From: Octopus vulgaris
Lineage: Eukaryota
Length of the DNA: 64,000 nt
Direction: 5' to 3'
Assembly (NCBI GenBank): GCA_951406725.2
Contig: OX597814.1
Location: 155,000,001 to 155,064,000 of the forward strand
The position numbers and the translations under genes are program-made. The notes below the pieces were generated by a model. The model was not told where the DNA came from and did not search any database. It saw only the letters and a list, made by a program, of their open reading frames with translations. Shown piece by piece: positions 53,939 to 64,000 of the stretch. How positions within the stretch are numbered: position 1 is the stretch's first letter; every line of letters begins with the position of its first letter.

Positions 53939-54022
53939 TGGTACGATCGTTTCATGCTACATCATTTTATTAAACATTGTAAGTATTACATCAGTTTTAA
54001 AATGTTGAGCTATCTTCAGCCA
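53939..54022 (-). ncRNA. Type I hammerhead motif with palindromic stem III
   Basis: TGG-CTGAAGA-ta-GCT-CAACATTTTA..TAAAATGATG-t-AGC-at-GAAA-CGATC-GTA^CCA. Confidence 0.6.
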
Positions 54023-54547
54023 TTCATAGAGGTTTTCCATCAATACATATACTTATTTCCATGTCAATTGCTAACATTATAAAGAGGGTAGATATACAGA
54101 CAGAGAGGTTGATTTGATTGTTAAGAACATTATAGTGTTAGAATTTTCCTTCTGATTATAGATTTTTCTTTTAGTTATCCGACTGAACACTTCAAAGTAG
54201 TGCCCCAGCATCGCCGCAGTTCAATGAATGAAAGAAGTGAAAGACAAAAGAAGCTGTTGAACGTGCACGTACATGCATTCATGTGTCCTTTGGCAGAGAT
54301 CAGCAAGTATCGAAGAGAAGCATGATCAAACATGTTTCGTACGTAGCTTTTTTTTACAGGCAAAACACATCTCGATTACGTTAAGATGATGTCCTCCACC
54401 TTTTAAGATGCTATTTGTAATTTTAGAGGAACTCGACTGCTGTCTTAGTAGGGTTAGAGGGTGTGTAGAAGCATTTCTCGTAGACTCGTATTTCTCTTTA
54501 GTGTTATGCTTGCGAAAGTGTGTTGCACATGTGTGAGTGTATATGTG

Positions 54548-54583
<36 letters not shown>

Positions 54584-54775
54584 TGTGTGTGTATGTGTGT
54601 ATGTGTGTGTGTGTGCTTGTATGTGTGAGTGTGTGTGTGAGGGCGAACGAGAGTGAAAGAGAAGGTGTGAGACAGAGTGAGAGAGACAGAGAACGTGAGG
54701 GCAGAAAGAAAAGAAGAGACAGTATGAGGGAGAGGGAGAGAGGAGAGAGAGATAGAGAGAGAGATAGAGAGCGAG

Positions 54776-55240
54776 AGACTTTGCCTTTCATCCTTTCGGG
54801 GTCGATTAAATAAGTACCAGTTACGCACTGGGGTCGATATAATCGACTTAATCCGTTTGTCGGTCTTTGTTTGTCCTCTCCGTGTTTGGCCCCTTGTGGG
54901 TAGTAAAGAAATAGGTATTTCGTCTGCTGCTACGTTCTGAGTTCAAATGACTTTCATCATTTCGGGGTCGATTAAATAAATACCAGTTACGCACTGGGGT
55001 AGATATAATTCACTTAATCCTTTTGTCTGTCCTTGTTTGTCCTCTCTGTGTTTAGCCCCTGTGGGTAATAAAAAATAGGTATTTCGTCTGTCTTTGTGTT
55101 CTGAGTTCAAATTCCGCCGGGGTCAACTTTGCCTTTCACTCCTTCGGAGTCGATAAATTAATTACCATTTGCGTACTGTGGTCGACCTAATCGACTGGCC
55201 CTCTTCCCTAAAATCTAGGGCTTGTGCCTAGAGCAGAAAA
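54776..55240 (+). mobile_element. SINE family 2, three tandem body units
   Basis: Repeated CTTTCATCCTTTCGGGGTCGATTAAATAAGTACCAG blocks. Confidence 0.8.
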
Positions 55241-58200
55241 TAAAAAAAAAGGAATATACAATAACAACGTAAGCGGACACATTGTAGGATTTAGTATGAG
55301 TGCAAGCATAGCTGAGTTTTTAAGAAATTTTCTTCGAAACTATCTAAGTCTGGATTCGAACCTACTGAACAGTAGTATTTGGGCCTGCTGCCTATAAAAG
55401 CTTCTACATGACACCTGACTTCCGATTGAAATTTTATAGGCAGAAATTGTGCGGAAGCCTATAGTGAATATATCATATATGCGTATGAGTGTATATCTCG
55501 TCGTTGTAAAGTTGAGTGGAATGAAAATTTATGAGAGAAAAATAAAAAACCAAGTAAGAAAAAATCAGGTAAGAATCACCTGAAATATTTGGTCTATATC
55601 GAGATAAGCGTTCATTCCCTTGTCACTCACGCCGTCAAAGACACATTGATCTGGTCAGTTGGAAATCATTGTAGTCTTAGCCCTTTCTTGCTTACGTTTT
55701 TCTCTGACAGAATTTTAACCTGGAAATCAACACATCGAAGACAAACTTTAAAAGGGCCTGAAAAAATTGTGATGCTGAGCATGTCTCAGATTTGATAGTG
55801 AGTAATTATTATGAATGTATGTGTGTCTTTTCATTCCTTAGAACATAAACTCAGTCAAGAGTCGTACGTGCACCGTCACAACATACGATAGATCATCGAT
55901 GTTTAAACCCATCTGTGCCTCTCCTGGCTTAAACACAACTTGTTCATGAAAATAACATAAAGAAAGTAAGAAAGAGTGAGAACGAGAGAGAGAGAGAAAG
56001 AGAGAGCGTAAAAAGTCATGCTCTAGTACTAGATTCTGAAACGATGAAAATCAAAGTTGAGCTCGGATGGATTTGAACTCAGAGCGTAGAAAGCTAGGAC
56101 AAATACTGCAAGGCAGTTTATCTAACACTCAAATGACTCGGCCAATTCTTGACCTGCATGGCTGTACATATGTATGTATGTATGTATGTAATATTATGTT
56201 GCATTGCACATGTATATATGCATGTATGTGTGTATATATGAATGTATGTATGTGTGTACGTGTATGTGTGTGTGATCTAAAAATGTCAAGGAAACATCTC
56301 TGATGTGGTTTCACAAATTTTTTTTCCGTAACAAAGCGTGGTTGCATTAATAAAATCTATGCAAAAATTAACAACACATCTGCCCAACTGTTATACGCAC
56401 TCCTTTACACATATGAGGCAACAAAGGAAGAAAATAAAGCTGAATTAACAAAATCCTATTTTTGCCAGTCGGTAAGTAGATGCAACCATACTTAAATATT
56501 TATTGCATAGAACATTAAAGATCTGCGGTACAATAAATAGAATAAGCAACAGCCATATATGTAATTGAATGTGGCCACTGTTTCACCAAATTACAATAAT
56601 AGTACACAACTTTGATGATGTTCAATGATAGAAGTAAAGTCCCAGCATTATCTCCCTTGTTTACCTGAAAATGTATAGAAGGACGAAAGGACAAGCATAA
56701 AGCTCTCTAAATGTCCTTTTTTTGTTTTGCACTTTCGAATGCTTGGGGTTTTAGTGTGTTGTGAGACAGTATTAGTGTTCGAATGTCATTTCACGTAGCT
56801 ACGTTATTTTGATGTTTGATTTTATAATTTTTATGATACTTCCGCCGAAATTTTATTGTCTCGTTTTGTTGTTGAAAACTGGTTGTTGTCTATGATTGCA
56901 AATTTCATGTCTCAAAGGATTAGGGCCAGGCAATACTTATACAGCTTTCTCTTAGTACCATCGCAGATGTTGCTATTAGAACAAAACTTGAACATACACT
57001 ACAAGACATACCGCCCTTCACTCTAAAAATTCCACGTACCCTACATATTGAACTGATCTTTTATTTAAGGACTCCGAAAAGAGTGTAATGTAAAGTTGAC
57101 GTTGAAGAGATTTGAACTCAATGAGCTGGAATATAAATCGCACAGCATTCTAGCTGACGCTCTAAAGACTAAGCCGATTCGCCCTCGTAAATAACACTCT
57201 ATTAAAGTAGAAATGTGGTTGCTATTTCTAGCAAATTGAGTTACCATACAACACTATCATTATTAGCATGCTGTTGTCAACTCTGACCTTGTAGACCTAT
57301 GGCGAAAATCATTCTAATTGTGGCCATCTCGACTATACCTATATACTTTTTCAGAGATCCTGCACTAAATGTTTTGTTATTGTAATACTATACTACCTTT
57401 AATTTTTCTTGAACGACTGGATTTAATGACGAAATGCGTCTGAGAATTAGTTCAATTTCATTCAAAGAAATTACAATAGTCAACGTAAACGGTAATTTCC
57501 AACGTATACTTTGTTAAGACAGCAGAGTGTGATTTAAAGGAATTTAGCTATAGCTCTCATTGGTGGAGTAAGTGTTGGTATTTGTATTAAAATTTTTGTT
57601 TGTTTCAAATAACTGTTAAGTTGGTAGGAGGGAAAAAAATGTTGAGTAATGACTTTAGGTCCGTATTGGAGTAAACAATAATTGTGTGTTGGTGAAATGG
57701 GTTTTTGTAGCAGTGTTGGTCATTGTACAAGTTGTGATAGTGATATTGATAGCGTTACTAATGTTGGTGAGAATACTGGGCTTTTCTTTTTCTTCCAAGT
57801 CGAGTAGACTTGAAATTTCAGCCATGATCTGTCATCTTTCATTACTGATATAGTATATCTCAGACCATATTATCAAAGATAACTTCACTTTTTTGAAACG
57901 ATTGTGGGAGAGATTTAACTGAGGTTTCTTGCAAACAAACGACCACAAGCATTTATAATTGTTTATAACATTACTACAAGCCTGATATAGATCGCAGCAC
58001 TAATCCAGTACTTATTTTATCAAAACACGCGGGATAGTAGGCAAAGCTGGCCTCAGCGAAATCTGAGCTCAAAACTTAAAGACTTAAGAAGTACTATAAG
58101 GCATTTTGCCCGATGCTCTAACGATTGTGTCAACCCTATTAATGCCTTTTATTAATGCCTTTTATACCTTTAGAAGCATAGTGTCTGATTATTGTGAATG

Positions 58201-60534
58201 GTTTTAATAGTGTTACAGTTGAGCATATTTTATAGCAGTGTTAATGATTATTATAAGTTCATTTTTGTTATTTTGCGTTGTATTTAGTGAAACGTTAATC
58301 GAATATGCAACGAGAAATGCATTTTTGAAGGCTTTACGTTGATATACTACAGTTTTCCTAACCGACTGGCTCTCTAAGTGTGATCCAATCTATCCTCGTA
58401 ATATTTCGAGAACGAATACACATTCGATTAAACAGTTACAGTAATTAAATTGAATAGCAACAAGAAATGGGCAGACTTACAATATTTTGTTGGACATCCT
58501 GTTTATCGACTTCAATACATTATACCCGTCATTCGGTACTTAAGTCAGAAAGTCATGATTAGAGAGAAATATGGCTGCTATCTGCAGTTGATCGATCGAA
58601 CACATAGAGGTTACAGACCAAATCAGACCTCATCAAGCAGAACTATGATCAAGGTCTATGATTACATCATCCAATATGTTTTTCCTTTATTAAAAAGACA
58701 CTTTGAGGCTATACTACGTTTATGTCCAACAGATTGAGCTACTTGCTGTATAAACGCTCCCTGGATGAATGGTAAAAATGGCGGTTAGTTTTTGGTGCCA
58801 GTAACAATTCTTTCTGATTTTGGTGCAAGGTCAGCAATTTTGGGAGCAACGGATAAGTATATTACATCAACCCCAGTACTCAACTAGTATTTATATATAT
58901 AAAGCAAAGTCGACGTCGTCGGAATTTGAACTTGGAGCTTAAAGATCCGGAAGAAATGCTGCTAAGCATTTTCTTCGACATCCTAACGATCCTACGATCT
59001 TATCGCCTTATTTTAATGCCAGTAATAATGGGTGTGGGTGAAAGTGTAGTATCAAGAATGTAGTGGTGGTAGTAGTAGTGATTATGGCGGTAGTGGTGAA
59101 GATGGTGGACGTAATAGGTGTGTTTCTAAAGCGGACATTGCTTGTGTTGCTTTGAGGAGTTGCAACAATTAACACAAAAGACTTGAAAAATTAATCTGTG
59201 ATTATCAAAGGATTTTTGATAAATAATAGTAATAATAAAAATAAAATTTCACGATGTAATTAAAACCTATAAAGCAGGAAAAGTGGAAGTTGAGAAATGT
59301 TGTTACTGTTGTTGTTGTTTTATTACATTAAATGAATTATTGTTACTATTGTTAATGTTGTCGTTGTTGTAGATTTTGTTGCTGCTGTTGTTGTTACTGC
59401 AATTATGTTTAATATTGTTATTACAGCACTAAGTATGGAAATCTAATTGTCAAATTAATTATATCTACACAATAGCTTCTGAATTGTATAGATTTACATC
59501 ATACGTATATACATACAAACACCTACCTACCTACCTACCTAAATACATACATACATACATACATACATACATACATACATACATACATACATACATACAT
59601 ACATGCATACGTACACACACATACATACATGCATAATCAGGTTTCTATGCATTGGCACGCACTTATGTATACATATAAATATCAGGATATGTAACATATA
59701 TACTTAAATACTAATATGTAAATATATAAAGTATACATTGTTCTTCTCCTCTTACGGGTGTAGATCTTAATGGAGTTTATTATATACATTAATATAAAAC
59801 AATGGACCAAATCTAATTCCAAAAAAATCAAAATCAAAATCAAAATAAAAGCGACTAAAATAAAAATTATGTAGACTTTGAAGATTAATGAAACCCAATC
59901 TGAAAGAAACTTTAATAAGTAGCAAATGCCATGCATTTGCCATTTTGCAATTAATTGTAGCTGATGATACGTTACAAAAATACGTAACAGATAATCTTTG
60001 TTAGAAAACAATGAAAAAATGATGATGAATAACTGCAACAATGTATCATCAAAAGAAACAATAGTTGTTTAAGAAGAAAATCTTACCACAATTACTGCAA
60101 GACCATGATCCATACCAAGATGTATCTATCCGGGCATCGAATATCTTACAAGTTCTCCCGTCATCCAAACTATAACCGGTTCACTTGGCATTTGTTAAAA
60201 GGATCTTTACTAATTTAGCGGAATATGGCTTTCTTCCATTTTTCGACAATACTCCTGTGGAAAAGGAACCTTATACATTTGCTGTCCACTTTGTTTTCAA
60301 ATCCACACCGCCTCACACACTATCACATTCTATTCCACATCGTCATCGCTAAACACACGTACAAGCCAAGTGCGAAAGCGTCTTTAGTCGTTTCGAAGAA
60401 TCTTTGCTAAAGGTATCAGCAAAGCTTTCAACAGAGACCTGAAAATTTTGTTTCTATTACCCTTAAAGAATACATCGACGGAACCAAGCAACTGAATGAT
60501 CAAGCCGACCCACCCTCTGTGTGTGTGCATCAAC

Positions 60535-60567
<33 letters not shown>

Positions 60568-60569
60568 TG

Positions 60570-61721
<1,152 letters not shown>

Positions 61722-62234
61722 TATTGAACCCAGAACAAATCTTTCTGAATAAATCTATGATGAAATGCTGGGATGTCTTATAATTTGGTTCGCCATATTA
61801 TTGTTGACGTCATCACTCTATTTGAAAGAACCTATTTGTTGATGCACACTCTATTTGGAGAGAAAACATTCGGAGTTAAAACTGAGGTAAAGATCTGCTA
61901 CATTACTGAAATTGATAGCTGATGCACGTGGGTTTGATTACTGTCTGGCATCACATGCGATAGATTTTTCCGAGAGAGGGGTGAGCATTAATATACAGAA
62001 AAGCTAGGGATAATATATCCAGACAGGCACCGTTCAAGCACTCTAATATAACTCAAGTTATGGTTGACCGCATTGAAAATCATTAACAGGAATGAAATCT
62101 GGATGCAGATGAACAAACATGGTACAAATGAAAACCACTTCGTGAGATATCCATGCAGCAGAAACATATGTCGGAGAGAGCTTTAATTTAAATATGGTGT
62201 ACAAATTACTTTGATAATAATTTATTTGAATTGT

Positions 62235-62302
<68 letters not shown>

Positions 62303-63491
62303 TAAACGTTAAAAAAACACAAACTGGGACAAGAACGTGAAACATTTTGAAGACGGCAAAAAAACACACAGACGGGACTTTCGAAGCTCTCAGTCATCAG
62401 TCAAGAACCAGATCATCTTCGCAATTTCGGCTGATTAATCTTGAGATTGCTCCAATCTGGGCAGCCAACCAAGGGAAATCTAAGCCAATCGCATTAGATT
62501 CCTTGGAAGAAAACCTCGAAAGTATACAACACGGTGACGGAAAAACGGACGATGTTACTCGAAAAAAAAAAAATTCAAAAATACGTAAAAACAATAAAGA
62601 AAGCACGGATAAAAATACAAAATAACTTAAAAACAATCATAACAAAACCAGGACGTCAGGACAAGCGTCTTTCGACAGGACGAGTTGAGTATAGGGCTGG
62701 CTGTGCACACGGATTTTTTGAAATTCCCCACAATCTGTGCCCTGGCACATTCCCAAGAAAGTGAACGCTTCTTGTCTGCAAGAAATTTGGTTAAAACAAT
62801 GTTCTTGCTGAAGCTATCTGCCTGTGTTTTCCATCGGTCTCCCGTCTCTTATATCTGTGATTGGAAAAAACTGCGCGTTCGAATATAACAAATGATGTGT
62901 ATTGTTTGAAGAATGAGAACTGTAATGTTCAGTTTTAATTCTTCATCTCTTTTATTGTTACGAATTTATATTTACAAGGGACACTACCATTTTAGGGAAA
63001 GAAAGACAAGTTACATTGACAAGTACTGTTTATGAAGGAAAAAAATTTACGTTCATTGAGAAGGTAGAAAAATGTTTGTGGAAGTAGGAAATGTTTTAGT
63101 TTTAGGGTAACATTTCTTTTTACAATCTAACAAGTTGACAGAGACGGGACGATGATTACTGCCATGATCGAAAATTTGGCGGTTGTCATGCCTCGTTGCT
63201 CATATCCACAGATTCGATCTCTTTTATTGAGTTCAGAACTAATCTTCCTGGATAAATCTATGGTGAAATTATGGCATGTCTCATAATTTTATTGGCCATG
63301 TTATTGTAAATGTCATCATTCATTTTGAAAGATCCTGTTGGTTAAAGCATACTTTATTTGAAAAGAAAACATTCGGAGTTAAAACTGAGGCAGAGATCTG
63401 CTACATTGCTGAAATTGATAGCTGATGCGGGTAGGTTCGATTACTGTCTGGTATCATTTGCGATAGATGTTTGCCAAGAGAGGGGTGAGCA
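61722..63491 (-). repeat. Two diverged direct copies (61722-61987 and about 63222-63491) of a probable decayed PLE RT segment
   Basis: Shared GAAAACATTCGGAGTTAAAACTGAGG..GATCTGCTACATT. Minus translation gives ..ADLYL..FK.xDD(I/V)..IYP..L, which resembles the PLE RT YIDD region. Confidence 0.45.
62394..62466 (-). ncRNA. Rearranged hammerhead ribozyme, family A, fully intact
   Basis: GGCTG-c-CCAGATT-gga-GCAATC^TCAAGA-ttaat-CAGCC-GAAA-TTGC-gaagat-GATCTGG-t-TCTTGA-CTGATGA. Confidence 0.82.
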
Positions 63492-64000
63492 AGAATGTTA
63501 TATATCCATAAAACTCGTAAAGCAGATTACACAATCAAAAATATATGCTTCTCATCCATTCTACTCATCACTGACTACACCCATGGCGCTTTTATCGGCA
63601 ACAATACAAATTTTTGATCAAGAACAACAAAAACATCAAGGTAAAGGTTTTCCACTGTTTTCTGTCACGAAATAGTTGGCCAAAATATGGTTGGAAAACC
63701 ACATTTGCTGGTAATCAAATAGCAAGCACTAGTGTGATCTGTCAAAGGACTGATTCTAGTATTGTTAAGATATCGTGTCTATTTAACCCAGGTTTATCAA
63801 ACGGATTTCCTGCCCTCGTGTCTAACAGTATGCGCCTTAAGAACTATTTTCGCTAGCAAGTCCGGCGCGAGTATAAACAACAACTACTCTGAATGCATCA
63901 CCGTCAAGTCCACCAACCTGCTATCCAGTCGAAGAAGGGCGTTCATACCACAAACCCGAAATAATTTCCCAAGTAATATTCCCATTCTGCTTTATTCAGT

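Overview
AT-rich, microsatellite-dense eukaryotic intergenic or intronic DNA. The SINE families and repeat make-up point to a cephalopod, most likely Octopus (inference). I found no convincing host protein-coding gene: most listed ORFs are translations of (TA)n, (TATC)n or (CA)n tracts. Supported content: (i) three tRNA-Gln(CTG) copies, one intact, in a composite tandem array flanked by inverted repeats; (ii) many tRNA-derived SINEs; (iii) decayed R4/Dong-like, Tx1-like, Penelope-like (PLE) and Tc1/mariner elements, plus MITEs; (iv) an unusually dense set of hammerhead-ribozyme motifs. Several are canonical minimal type I hammerheads. The main finding is that at least four sequence-unrelated repeat families each carry the same rearranged, non-circularly permuted hammerhead. 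The order is stem II 5' strand, extra helix X, stem III/NUH/stem I, stem II 3' strand-GAAA-stem III, X', stem I-CUGANGA, and all helices are kept through compensatory changes. All folds were done by eye and are untested.
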